Below, one piece after another: positions 13,767 to 27,305 of a stretch of DNA of 63,469 nucleotides; the stretch's first letter is position 1, and each line of letters starts with the position of its first letter. Source of the stretch: Octopus bimaculoides (lineage: Eukaryota); the NCBI RefSeq assembly GCF_001194135.2, contig NC_068988.1:11094696-11158164 (forward strand). Reading direction: 5' to 3'. Under the pieces are notes generated by a model. It did not search any database and was not told the DNA's origin. It worked only from the letters and a program-made list of their open reading frames with translations. The position numbers and the translations under genes are program-made.

Positions 13767-14306
13767 TTAGTGCGGCCCTCTTCCATGCAAATGTATACAG
13801 CATGCCCAAAAGTGCCGTCTACATACAATATGGCCTCTCGCTAGCTTCGAGACAATACGACCTCCTGCTAACTTCGAGACAACATGGCTTCCTGCTATCT
13901 TCGAGACAATATCGCCTTCCGCTAACTTTGAGACAGCATGGCTCTCCTTTAGCTTCGAGAAAATGTAACCTCTCACTAGCTTCGAGAAAATATAATTTCC
14001 CACTAAGTTTGTGACAATATGGCCTCCCGCTAACTTCGAGACAATATATCCTCCCGCTAACTTGTTGACAATATGTCCTCCCGCTAACTTCGAGACAATA
14101 TGGTCCCCCGCTAACTTCGAGACAATATAGCCTCCCGCTAACTTCGTGACAATATGGCCTCCTGCTATCTTCGAGACAATATAGCCTCCCGCTAACTTCG
14201 TGACAATATGGCCTACTGCTATCTTCGAGACGATATGGATTCTGGCTGGTTTCGAGACAGTATGACGTCTCGCTACCGTCACTATTACAGACGGTGTATA
14301 TGATTT
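13767..14306 (-). repeat. 27-bp minisatellite (~17 units) open as a 9-aa repeat ORF (consensus KLAGGHIVS)
   Basis: + strand unit ~GCTAACTTCGAGACAATATGGCCTCCC repeated 13825-14275; no frameshifting indel; listed ORF 13767-14282, frame open up to ~14306. Confidence 0.9.
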
Positions 14307-14504
14307 TCAGGAGATTTATCCGTTATCTCTATCACTTCTAGGGAAGATAACTAGGATGTCACATTTTAATTTTCCTCTCGATAGTCACGGGGATTTCTGG
14401 TTCTATATTCCTGTACAACACGGTTTCTCGTTTCCATTGAAAGAAGGGCCCACGATTTCAAGGTAAATTGTAAGTCCAGTACATCCACATAGGTTATCGA
14501 GTGA

Positions 14505-14620
14505 AACTTAATTTATTGATCTCCATGAATGAAAGACAAAGTCGACTCGGCAAAATTTGAACTCCAAACCTACAGACATACGAAATACCGCCAATAATCT
14601 TTCCCGACGCGCCAATGACG
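14505..14620 (-). mobile_element. SINE family A, partial
   Basis: AATGAAAGACAAAGTCGACTCGGCAAAATTTGAACTC...CGAAATACCGC on + strand. Confidence 0.8.
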
Positions 14621-16235
14621 CGTTATTCATAGTCTCAAATATCTCATTGGAAACTAAATATTTATATACCTGTTTGTCTGCCAGTCTGTCTCTCTGTTTG
14701 CATGTATGTAATGTTTGTATGTTTGTACATGTACCTGTATGCACGTACACACGTATGTATGTCATTGTTCAGTTTTATTTTAAGAATTCTTGCCAATAGA
14801 GAATGAACTGGTTTCTATCCTAGATCATACTTTCAACATCAACAACAGGGTATTTTTGTCTAAAGAATGTAAGTATGTGCGCATGTATATATGTATGTAT
14901 GTATGCATGTATATGGGCAGATTTGTATGTTTTGCTTTATGTATACTCATGCATACAGATGCACATCTAGACATGCTCAAATATATTTCAAATGCTAAAG
15001 TTCGGGAAAGTGTTGAATTGGATCTGCATGTATGAACGTGTGTCTGTATGTACGTATGTATATTTGAATATATGTGTATGTGCGCATGGATATTTATGAT
15101 TGTTAATGCATATGTATTTGTTCTGAAGCCACAAGTGGGTAGGTGTTACGTCACAGATTCCACTCGATCTTCAATATGTCTTTCTATTCTCCTTCATTGC
15201 ATGTATTTTGTAGTCATAGCAAGAAAAGGTTTTCAAATTCCTTTCACCTAAACATTATGTCTTGTGATTCCGAGCGAAATGTTTTCCTTTACTTTATTTT
15301 CTTTACTCATTTTTATCTGTCATCTAAGCATTTTGCTTGACAATATCTTTACAGTTTATCATCTAAAACCTATTCTGTTTAAATATTCATGTTTTAAGAA
15401 CCTGTGTATTTCCATATGTTTACCTCATAATAATTCATAAAGTACAACGCAGCAAAGCGAGTATCCAGACAGTAACATACCGCTTCATTCACAATACGGT
15501 TATGCAGATTATATTCAGGATATCTGATTTCTGTTGCTTTTCCTCGTCGAGGAACAGCTCTTCTTTTTGCATGATAGCATAACGAACACAGCGTCTAAGT
15601 GAACGTGGTGTTATCTCTCGAGCAGAAAGAACAGCGATCAGATATTCACGTTTGAATATGTGAGAATGTATTATGAATAAATGGGTATTTTATTTTTGCA
15701 CTCAAAGTTTCTGTCATTACATTCCACTTAATAAAAGAAGACGTGACTGATTTTGTGCGTATTATCATTTTCACTTTATTGTTCAACTATTTATCTCGCA
15801 TTAATTTTCTGTCTTTCTCTATTCGCTATAAGTATTGCATAATCGATATTGAGGTCTAGGCGCGCTAAAGCTGCCGCAATAATCATATGTATGTAACCCA
15901 TCATTTATGTCTGTGAAAATAGTCATTTTAGATAAGGAATCAGTAATTCATTTCTATTCTTTTAATAAATTTCAATCCCTCACATAAACAGAAAATTTTC
16001 CTTTACGTATTTCCATGTATGTTACAGCCTAATAACTTTACGGCTGTTCCAGGCATAAGGATGCAGTTGCGCGTCGATAGCCAGCTGGAAAAGATGTTTT
16101 CCTGAGGCTAAAAGAGGTTGTACCACCGTCCTAGTCAGGCGTGCCAATTTACGTTAGCAGATGAACTTTACACTGTAGTACTGTTACTACTTATTTCTCA
16201 CTCACTCAGTGATTTAAAAGTAATTATTTTTTTCT

Positions 16236-16273
<38 letters not shown>

Positions 16274-16486
16274 TAAGAAATAATATATTATATAATATAA
16301 TACGTAACATATACACGTGGGATGCATGCATAGCATATTATCGCACATGTAAATTGGAAAAAGTAGTTCGATAGTCAAAGAGATACAGTCAGCACTCGTA
16401 CATCCCTACACAAATATATGTATTCAAATACACACACATACATATATATGTGTGCGTGTGTCAGCCTTTTTTGTGTGCGTATGCGC

Positions 16487-16526
<40 letters not shown>

Positions 16527-17654
16527 GTATGCATGTATATATATATACATATATATNNNNNNNNNNNNTATATATATATATATATATATATATGTAAGTA
16601 CGACTCTCTGTGTGTATATATTTATGTGCACTTGTATGTGATTATCCATTATATTTACATAAATAACTGGAAAGAAAGACTTCTGAAAAGTCTCATTCAT
16701 ATGCAGCAGGCATTTATTTACTTAATCGTGACGTGCAAATGAAACATCTCCATTCATAACCTGCGCTCCCAGCATTTTAAAACGGTTGGAACAGTGTTTG
16801 AATATTTGATTTCCAAAATTATCGATCGCTGCCGTTTCCTAGAAGGAAATTATACATCATCATTTATTTAAGAATTCCTTAGCTACTGCTATCCTGTTAG
16901 CATGAATATTAACTTTCCCCTGTTATTCGCATTAACTCTATCATTTGAAATATTAATGGCACAGTAATCTTCAGTTTAATTACAAGAGTATTAGATTGTA
17001 TAAAACCTGAGAAATGTTCTCTATTGCTACGGCTATCTTTTAACTATGTTATCTAAGTTTGCTTAACGAATCGTATTAATATATAAGACATCAATAATTC
17101 ATAGTAGATATCTGTAAACTTATATATTATTCAATTTAATCTTTCATTTTACTTACACGGCTAACCGACCAAACAAATATTCATTTATTCACATAGTGTA
17201 AAGCTGACGCGTCCAATGTGAAGAATAGATGTATCTTACCTGAGATAATATTTTCATTTCTTCAATAGAATGGCATCCGTTGATAAAGAAATAAATGACA
17301 TACATTGAAGATTTCGTGCATACTCAGACATAGCGACACATCTTCAAAAATCAAACGATTGAATTTGTTGATGTTTGCGCAATTATTTCGAAATATCAAT
17401 ATAACTGTACTTAGATTGCACTTAGATTAACATTGAAACGCTTTCCAAAATTTATCTGCCCCAACATGGCGGATTATGGAGCGCATAGAAAAGCCAATTG
17501 AAAAGTATCGTATCCATATATGCGGCTATACAGACCGATATCTTTCTATCGATATGTTTATCTGTCTACATATCTCTCTGCCGGTGTATCTTTCTATTTA
17601 TCCGTTTATCCAGCTTTCCATAGATCGCTAACCACTAAAAGTTTTTCTATTTTC

Positions 17655-17792
17655 TCCCTCCCTACGAAGAGTGTAGGCTCGAAACTTAAAATACTTTCTC
17701 ACTTACCGAGCGTTAAACTAATACATCTGTTTGTCGTTTACATGCCCGTCTTCGTCTTTTGTCTTTTTGAAAATTCTCACTATATATATATA
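17655..17792 (+). mobile_element. Short PLE pseudo-LTR-like fragment with degenerate hammerhead-like motif, copy 1
   Basis: CTACGAAGAGTGTAGGCTCGAAAC...CGAGCGTTAAACTAATACATCTGTT...GTCTTCGTCTTTTG...AAATTCTCAC then (TA)n; homologous to 44735-44860. Confidence 0.5.
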
Positions 17793-18551
17793 TATATATA
17801 TAATCATAAATATATAGGGATTGACAGTAACCTGCTTCTCCAACATACTGAGAATTCAGAAATAGCAGTCAAAGAACTACTGATTTCAAAACTACAAATT
17901 ATTACTCCAGATTGATAGCGATATTTTTGATACACACAGAACAAAAAACAGTAGAGAAGAGTAAAAAAACCACCTGCCTATAGTTAATTTAGTACGATCG
18001 TTTCACAGTTAAGAGTAAAGAATACTCTATTCTGATCTTCAGCTAAATATTCCAATAAATTTGTTAACGTCTAAATAACTCNNNNNNNNNNNNNNNNNNN
18101 NNNNNNNNNNNNNNNNNNNNNNNNNNNNNNNNNNNNNNNNNNNNNNNNNNNNNNNNNNNNNNNNNNNNNNNNNNNNNNNNNNNNNNNNNNNNNNNNNNNN
18201 NNNNNNNNNNNNNNNNNNNNNNNNNNNNNNNNNNNNNNNNNNNNNNNNNNNNNNNNNNNNNNNNNNNNNNNNNNNNNNNNNNNNNNNNNNNNNNNNNNNN
18301 NNNNNNNNNNNNNNNNNNNNNNNNNNNNNNNNNNNNNNNNNNNNNNNNNNNNNNNNNNNNNNNNNNNNNNNNNNNNNNNNNNNNNNNNNNNNNNNNNNNN
18401 NNNNNNNNNNNNNNNNNNNNNNNNNNNNNNNNNNNNNNNNNNNNNNNNNNNNNNNNNNNNNNNNNNNNNNNNNNNNNNNNNNNNNNNNNNNNNNNNNNNN
18501 NNNNNNNNNNNNNNNNNNNNNNNNNNNNNNNNNNNNNNNNNNNNNNNNNNN

Positions 18552-18592
<41 letters not shown>

Positions 18593-19432
18593 TAGATAGA
18601 TAGATAGATATAGATATAGATATAGATATAGATATATATACATATATAGATATAGATATATATACATATATATATATATATTATTAATGATAAATTTATG
18701 CAGACATATATGTATGTCAGTGTATATATATGTGTGTGTGTGTATGTGTGTGTGTGTGTATGAATGTATGAATGTATGTATGTTGTGTATGTATGTATGT
18801 ATCATTTGTATACGTATATGGAAAACACGTTCTTCCTTAATTGAATTATGAGAGCATTCAACAGAGGCCACGCATGCGTACACGCATAGACCAGCGCACA
18901 GGCACACATCCTCGCCAACGCGTATACATATGCGCACACACATTCAAATGAACAGAGAGAATTGACAATTTTTAAATAGACGGTTTTTTCTAATTGCATC
19001 AGTAACAGTCAGTTCAACAAATATACGTTCGAGCGCGTGTGTATGTGTGGGTGACTCTGTGTGTGTATCCGTGAGTGCGTCCATGCGTGCGCGCGCGTGT
19101 GTGTGTGAGTGTGTGTGTGTTTAACAGAAGTAGAAATTATCAGGAAAATGTTCAGAAGGCAAATAAGAGAAACGGAATATTTTCTTACGTGGCCAACGAC
19201 GAAAGACAACTTGATGAGAAAATGGTAATTTTTTTTTTGTACCAGATATAATGGTTTACGCACAAATATCAATATTTATTCATTTATTTCTTTTATCCTT
19301 TGTCGTACATTTTGTTGAATGTTTTCCACATAAATCTTTCTGTTTATTACATTTAAAAACAAATTAAATATATATATATATATAATCATATTTGTGTGTG
19401 TATTACATATGTAAATTTATTTATATACATAC

Positions 19433-19488
<56 letters not shown>

Positions 19489-19939
19489 NNNNNNNNNNNN
19501 NNNNNNNNNNNNNNNNNNNNNNNNNNNNNNNNNNNNNNNNNNNNNNNNNNNNNNNNNNNNNNNNNNNNNNNNNNNNNNNNNNNNNNNNNNNNNNNNNNNN
19601 NNNNNNNNNNNNNNNNNNNTTTGCTTAAATGATATTTTTTTCTTTCGTATGCTTCATGATGACTTATATTTGTTAAGCAACAAAATAGAATCTGCTCACT
19701 ATGAACGTGACATGTCCCCTGTTAGACAGAATCTCCAGATTTCATGCTTAAACATATACAAAAACACATAATTACACTCAGAATGAATGGCGCTTACAAA
19801 CCATGCACGCATGTCAGCATAAATAATCATATTTAACAAATTTATTGTTTTCATAGCCGCCATTACCAACAGCACGATCATCGCTGTTGCTGTTGTTACT
19901 TTTATTACTAGTATTATCATTATTATTATTATGGTGATT

Positions 19940-20765
19940 AAGGCGTCGAGGTGGCAGAATCGTCCGCACGCCGGGGGAAATGCTTAACGGTATTTAGTGC
20001 GTATTGATTTCAAATTCAGCCGAGGTCGAATTTGCCTCTCATCCTTTCGGAATCGATAAATTGATTACCAGTGAAACACTAGTGTCGGTGTGATCCACGA
20101 GGCCCGTCCCCTAAAATCCAGGCCTAGTGCCTATTGTACAAATGATTATCATTATTATTATTATTATTATTATGTGTAAGTCGGCGAGCTGGCAGAACCG
20201 TGAGCACTCCCGAGCGAAATGCAAAGTTCTGAGTTCAAATTCCGCTGAGGTAGATTTTACCTTCCATCCTCTCGTGGGTCGATAAATCAAGTACCAGTTG
20301 AGTACTGGCGTCGATGTAATCGACATACTCCTCCTGCAAATGTCATGTCTTGTGCCTACAGTAGAAAGGATTACTATCATTATGCGATTCTTTTTGTTTT
20401 TGTTTTTTCTTTAAGGCCGCGTGTTGGCAGAATCGTTAGCACGCGCAGCCTAATGCTTAGCGGCGTTTTGTCCGTCTTTACGTACTGAGTTCAGATTTCG
20501 CTGAGGTTGACTTTGCCTTTAGTAGAATTGATTATTATTATTATTATTATTATCTTTCTTCTTGTTGCTGTAAAGAAGCTGAGCTGGGGGAATAGTTACT
20601 CTGCCGGACAAATAGCTTCCATACGTTTCTCCAGTCTTAACGTACTGCTTTCAAACACCGCTGTGATTTACTCTACTTTTCCTGATTACTCAACTAGCAC
20701 TTTATTTATCGACCCCGAGGGGATGAAAGGTAAAGTCTACCTTGGCGGAATTTGCACTCAGAATT
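19940..20765. mobile_element. Cluster of SINE family A copies: 19940-20145 (+), 20178-20372 (+), 20412-20522 (+, 5' part), 20690-20765 (-)
   Basis: A/B boxes and central domain in each, separated by (ATT)n runs. Confidence 0.88.
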
Positions 20766-20849
20766 TTCCAGGTTTCATAAAATAAAAAAAAAACAGTTGA
20801 ATACTAAGGTCGATGTAATCATTATTATCATTTTTATTCGTTCAGCTCC

Positions 20850-21356
20850 TAAAATTGGAGATGTATTACGGTGTCACGAAACATCCTTCATGCTTTAACC
20901 ACCCTCCGCAGCTTTCGAGTACTTCCCTCGGACTTCAGCCCCTGAACGTTCATTGTACTTCTCAATATTACTACATTGGCGAAGACTCCGAAATTTATTG
21001 GTGTTATTGCCATCTTTTTCAGCGACCACAACTATTGAACCTCTAAGGGCAAACTGTCAAATCTATATTTATTTATTTTAGTTCTTTATCACATGCCTTC
21101 TTCTCAGCAGGTCATGCTATATCTATGATCTAGTACTGTTTGCATTATTTCTAAATCATTACTATATCTAGTTTCCTGTCATTTATCTCATACTCAGAAA
21201 TAATTTTATTGTCACATGGGATTTTTGCCTTATCGTTTCGATAATGCGTTCAGGTTTGTGTTCGTACAACTTTCTTGTACTGTCAAGTCCATACTTGTCG
21301 CAAACTAGCCCAATCGACTATTCATGTTATCATGCTGCCTGTTATATTCTCGTCTG
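20850..21356 (-). mobile_element. Decayed 3' end of an RLE-type non-LTR retrotransposon (R4/Dong-like restriction-like endonuclease)
   Basis: Manual minus-strand translation with frameshifts/stops: EYNRQHDNM..W..CDKYGLDSTRKLYEHKPERIIE/NDKAKIPCD...RKLDIVMI...IIDIA*PAEKKACDKE...LPLEVQ*LWSLKK...PINFG, following the RHD-HW-LC-KYG-YEH-P-RPD-IIDIAxP-KE pattern. Confidence 0.8.
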
Positions 21357-21485
21357 GCTTCACGTTCTGAGTTCAAATTCCACCGAGGTCGACTTTCCCT
21401 TTTATCCTTTCGAAGTCGATGAAATAAGTTCCATTTGAGTCCCTTCCCCAAAATTTCAATCCTTGTGCCTGCAGTAGAAAGGATT
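21357..21485 (+). mobile_element. SINE family A, 5'-truncated, abutting the RLE-LINE fragment
   Basis: CACGTTCTGAGTTCAAATTCCACCGAGGTCGACTTT...CTTGTGCCTGCAGTAGAAAGGA. Confidence 0.85.
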
Positions 21486-23333
21486 ATTATAATTGTTATT
21501 GTTATTTTTGTTAATTAGCATGAGATTTTTTTCTCTCAAGACCTAAAATAAAGAAACTATATTCATTGATAGGCCATTAAGATAGACACACGATATTGTT
21601 CAGTTACAAAATCAAGTTATGTGAAGAAAGTAGATAAACGGAAGAAGGAAAGAAAAGTGACAAGAGAAAGAAACATATTACAAAGTTCGTTATCCTCCTC
21701 ACATTCGCCTTTCAACAATCCTTTGCACTCCTTTCGTTACTTGTAAGCCATAGTTCATTCTCAAATAATTTTTAACTCCTCTATCATTATTATTATTGTT
21801 GTTGTTGTATTTCAGTAGCCGTCTTTTTCGAAGTGTGCCATCATTACTCTAGAATACACGGTTCTATGTCTCTTGGGTAATTGCTGTATACTTGTATGAC
21901 ATTCTACTCTGACATATTTATTGAAAATTCGTTGGCCAAATTCCATTAGTGCTACATTTTTATATAGCGTTATATATCTTTGCAAATACCCCTTCATCAT
22001 ATACATTTCTTTCTATCATTTTTTTTCAATACGTCGCAATTTAACTATCATTATATGATTGTTTGCTGTTCTGTTACATTAATTTTTATTCGTCTATACT
22101 ACTAGATCATTATTTTCATTTATTCTTTGTTTTGCTGGTGAAATGTCATCTCCTGAAACGAACATTTTTCCAAAGTGGTGTTTCCTTGGGGTCATTGACA
22201 ACGCTCTTTTGTTTCTCTCTCTACTCTATATATCCAACGCCTGTTTTTGGTGTCTGTTTATATTACACCCGTTAACTTCATATTCAATATATTATTGGCA
22301 TAAGTTTCTTTCTATAGCTATCCGAACTCTCTCATGTTTATTAATTTATTTTATCTTAGCTAGAAATAGTTTACTACAATATATTACCAAATGGTAGTTA
22401 TTCGATAAATTACAGTAGGAAGGCAACTTTCCGAATGTTTTGACTGTGTGAGTTAGCAAAGAACTTAACCGTTTCAATTTGAGTCTGTGTATTGCGATTT
22501 TTGTCTTCCTGAAAATTTGTACCTTGATAATTATTTTCGGGTGCAGGTCAAATTGGCATTGATTAGTATCATGTTTGCATAGTTATCTGGGTACAGATTC
22601 TTAGTTTAATTTTTTTTCTTCTTCGGACTTTGTCTTGCTATACATCCTCTTTCGTGAAAGAACTTGTTTTTTCACCCTCTCAGTTGTATTTGTTGCCTCC
22701 GTTGGTGACATAAATTATCTGTCTGTATGGCTTCTGCTTTGTAGTCATTCATACATACGTACTTACATACAAACATACACAGACACACACATACATACAC
22801 ATATAATAGATAAATAGATGCATAGATCAATAGATTGATTGATTGAGTGAAATCAGAATGTTCACTATATATATATATATGTAAATGCCTTAGCAATTAA
22901 CATAGTAACCAGTTCAATTTCCACTCGTTTCTTTCTTTCTTTTTTCTTAAACTTCCGTTGCTTCTTGCAACTTCTTCGATTGTTGCTGACTGTCTGTTAT
23001 CGGAACTGCGTTCTTTTTGTTTGTTTGTGTGGATGTGTGTACTTCAGTGTGAATGTGTATATAAATATATATGTATATATGTATGTATGTATGTGAGTGT
23101 GTGTATTCTTACGTGTATGCATGTATGCGTGTGTGTATGTGTTCTGCATGTCCGTGTGTTTGTGGGTATGTGCGGACTGCCAGTGTGTGTAATTGGTCAT
23201 GTGTTTCCGTCTCCTTTTGTATATGCTTGTGTGTGTGCTTGTGTATCTGTATTACCAATGTACCTATCTATCTAACTATCCGCTTACGTACATATCCATT
23301 TACCTACCTACACACACACACACACACACACAT

Positions 23334-23393
<60 letters not shown>

Positions 23394-23399
23394 ATATAG

Positions 23400-24400
23400 G
23401 ATAAAATCTTTATAAGAATTTATCAAGTAGTCAGCGTGAAAAAAACCTCATAATGAAAACAAATTCATCTATATATAAAGGGCATTAACTGTGTAGCAAT
23501 GCCTCACGCTTCGAGGGACTAAATAAGTCAAAAACTACCCCAAAATAAGCAACATATTTACCGAAAGCGAGGGAATGCAGCTTTCAAAATTAATCTCTTA
23601 AAAACATTTAACTTAACGGTAAACCACTGGTTTCTCAATCAAATACAGAAAAACTGTGAAGTAAATAACCGCTTACAACAACTATACCTGTGTATGTATA
23701 TACTGTGGGTATTGAGATACCACTACCTTCTACGTGTTTCTCCTATTTAATATGGGGGATGTGTCATCTATGAAGGCGTACTCCTGTACTTGTCTGCGTA
23801 TTGAGTCCTTCGGGTGCTTGGATGTCAGGTCGATCCAGTGTGCCACCATATTGGTCCTTGGCATGTTGGTAGAATATGAAAGGCTGTTTTTTGTCATCAT
23901 ATTGTCTCAAATGTCCATTTAGTCTCTCCACAATGCTTCTAGACGTCTCGCCGGTGTATGTCATTTTCTGGTTTTTACAAGCACCATTTTGCACTGTATA
24001 TCATATACTACATTTCTAGTTCTACAGTCAATGCCAGGGTTAATCTTATATATCATGGAGTTCTCATTGCTGCATGTGGTATCTTCAAGGCGGTACGTCT
24101 TACATAACTGTGATCTAATGGAACTTCTTGACTTTTCAGCAATCTTAATGTTGAGCTTGGTTCCCTTCAGAGCTTTCGTAAATTTACTGGCTAGTTTCCC
24201 ATGAGCATTGGCATCTACAAACATCACTCCTTGATATTTATCGGCATTGTACTACGTGTTCACCTTGTTTGATTTGTCACAAACTCTCTGTATGCTATTC
24301 CAGTCTTTACCTCTGTATTTAGGACTGGCACCACGGGTTTAATTACATATAATGCTATCTACCTTCTTTCTAGCTCCCCTGCATATACGAATCCTATTTT
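23400..24400 (-). mobile_element. Penelope-like retroelement 3' remnant (GIY-YIG endonuclease plus 3' region), frameshifted
   Basis: ORFs 23961-24227 and 23764-23994 join to ...IDCRTRNVVYDIQC/K...TYTGETSRSIVERLNGH..., the PLE CxxxNVVYxIxC...YxGET.R...ER..EH GIY-YIG signature; bounded by (TA)n on both sides. Confidence 0.88.
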
Positions 24401-25799
24401 CTGGTCATATATATATATATATATTCCCGAGCGTCATACTAATATATACTTTTGTTATTTACACCACCTGTCCTCGTCTGTTGTTATTATTTGTATATTC
24501 TCCCATATATATATATATATACATACATATGTGTGTGTGTGTGTGCATGCGTGTGTGTGCCTGTGTGTGTGTGCGTGTGTGTACATACATACCGATGTAA
24601 CTCAGCTTTATAATAAAATGACTGATTGTCGCTACGACGGTATAAATCAATCACTAAACTTAAACTAGTAAATAGAATCTGAATAGCTAGAAGCCATTTT
24701 AAATTTCTCCTAAATTCTTTCGATTGTGTCTTCCAACATTTTTCAGTTTTTCTTTAAGTGTTACATTTGCTATCGTACATTTAAACATGTTATAATAGTT
24801 TTCAAACCGGTAGAAATATTCACATTTCTGCATCAGTAGTAGATAGAATTTGCTTTTGTCTTTTCTATTTGAATTTTTATTCTAAATGGAATCATCAATT
24901 TTCTGTTTTATTTTTCAGTTATGCTAATTCCTTTAGCGTCCAGTTAGGAATATTGCAACTATTACTATATAACACTAGGTATAAAACTTACTGTGGCTGC
25001 TCTTCGCTTCATTTTCTCTGCTTTCTTCTATTACAAGCATTAATCCGATGCGTCTCTAATTTCCCTATCCTTAAAATTTTCTTTCAAATAAGTGGGCTGC
25101 AATCTGTAATCAGCTAGCATACAATCTGAGGTGTGCGTTTTATTTTTGAAACCTGCATTGCAATTCTTGATCATATTCCTTGACCTAATATTAGTGGAAC
25201 AGAGTGGGGTGGTTTATGTTTCAATGGCGTCTTCCACGCATGCTTATAAGTTATATTCTCTGTGGCATGCGGGATCAAAGGCAGCTAGCTGAGACTGGTT
25301 CAGCTAAAAACGGGAAACAAAATTTAGCATAAATAATATAGCTTTGCAGTCTGCTCTATGTCCATTATTAACCTTCCTAGATAGAGAAATAATAAATGTC
25401 ATTCAATACATATATAATCGATAACCTGATATGCGGATAGAGATTTAGAATAGAAGTTCTTATTGATTGAAGATGTTATTTTGGTTTTAGAGATATTTCA
25501 CATATTCCAATGTAAGAAAATTATATTCCATGTAGCAAATGGAGGATAATAAAGTCAGAAATAAGAGTGTTGAATTGATTGTTATACGAACGACATTATG
25601 AAATTTATATATAGAAACACACAGTTATACATATATGTGCGTGTCTGTGAGTGTACGCGATTGCGCATGAGAGATTTTGTAATCCAGTTTCTATGATGTC
25701 TCAAACTGGTCCTAAAACTATTATGAGTTCGATAACATAACATAACATTGCATAACTACTGTGCTCCCAAAGCATGCATTTAGAATGCAGTTATTGCAG

Positions 25800-25849
25800 G
25801 TTCATCAAAATTCTTCAATATTCAGCCGCATCAATATAGGTATATGAAG
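25800..25849 (+). CDS. Candidate 50-nt internal exon (xSSKFFNIQPHQYRYMK)
   Basis: TTATTGCAG| acceptor, AAG|GTAAGA donor; one open phase (1 in, 0 out). Confidence 0.2.
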
Positions 25850-27267
25850 GTAAGAATCATAGGCTTATTGACTGAAATATTGTTTCATTGCATAGAGGCT
25901 TACAGTAAAATCGAGTCTTCAGTTTCACGAATAACAGTATGTGATTCACTCGTTGAAAACGTTTAGTGAAAGCTGAAATTCTCCAGTATGTAAGTTAGTT
26001 AATGACATAATATAGATCGTTAAATAGGACTTGGAAGACATTACACTTCGATAAATATTCAGATTTTGTACAGAGATATGACCCATCTGATTCATTCAAT
26101 GTAATTACGAGTTCGTATTTAAGGGCCTCAGTATATAGATATATTTGATTTTCGGTACACATCTATGCCAGTTATCTGTTCCCTTTTATATACAACGTTC
26201 TACATACCGACACAAGCAACAGTCTAAGGATATGCAGATATAAATCAAATAAATTATGTTGAAACTATAATTCTATTACGCAGTCGCCTTTCGGGAGTCT
26301 CACAATTTTGCATCAGTATACATTCCAGTAAGAAAATTATAAATGCTTAGATCGTGCTATAGCATCTTCTACCATAATACCCTTGTGTTTTTCTCCGTCA
26401 CAACGTAAGAATGAGAAAGGAAGGAGGTGATATCTGAATGAGAAAGGAAGGAAGGGGTGATGACAAAGTTGGTACTGTGAGCGTTTCAACTCTGTGTGAG
26501 TATATGTGTATATGTGTGTGCGTGTACAAGGGAAGTATGTGAGTGTTTGTCTAAGTGAGCTTGCGTTCTTTCAGTAACAAACGATGATCGATGTCACATC
26601 TCAAAAGACAACCCCAAGATAATATTGCCAGTGTATTAATTTGATTTACCATCCATATTTATTATATAAAATACTACAATTAACCGTCATTTTTTAGGGC
26701 ACGGGGTCAGCTAGTAAGTTTGTTAACGGCGACTCCAAAATATGAAACAACCGAATTATCTACCATTAATCTGTTACACAAAGCTAGGATATTTGTGCAC
26801 TTTAGATTCACTAAAAAATATATACTCGTGTATGGTGGAAGGGAGTGTCTCTAATTATAGAAGCAAAACACATCGTGGGACAGAAATGAGAAACAATCAT
26901 CTTGTTTCCGATAAAATTTAAATTACATACAGCCTATTAAGTGTAGGAGAAAAGCGATTATTTAGATTTTTGTCTAAGGTGAGCTCTATAGAATTTCAAT
27001 AAAAAAGTATTCGTTTTTCAAAAAGCTTTGGAATGAGGAGAGGAAAATTAATAAGAACAGTAACGGTAAGTAAGGATAGTAAAAAAAAAATGTGGAATTA
27101 GCCACCCGCACTCCAAGACCTGAAAATTGGATAAGTAGAAATAAAATAAGAATCAATGTATTTCTTACAAATGCGCGCGCGTGTGTATATAAATGTATGT
27201 ATGCATGAATATTTACTCGTTTATTCTTTTAATTATTTCAATCATTTGACTGCAGCAATGCTGGACC

Positions 27268-27305
<38 letters not shown>

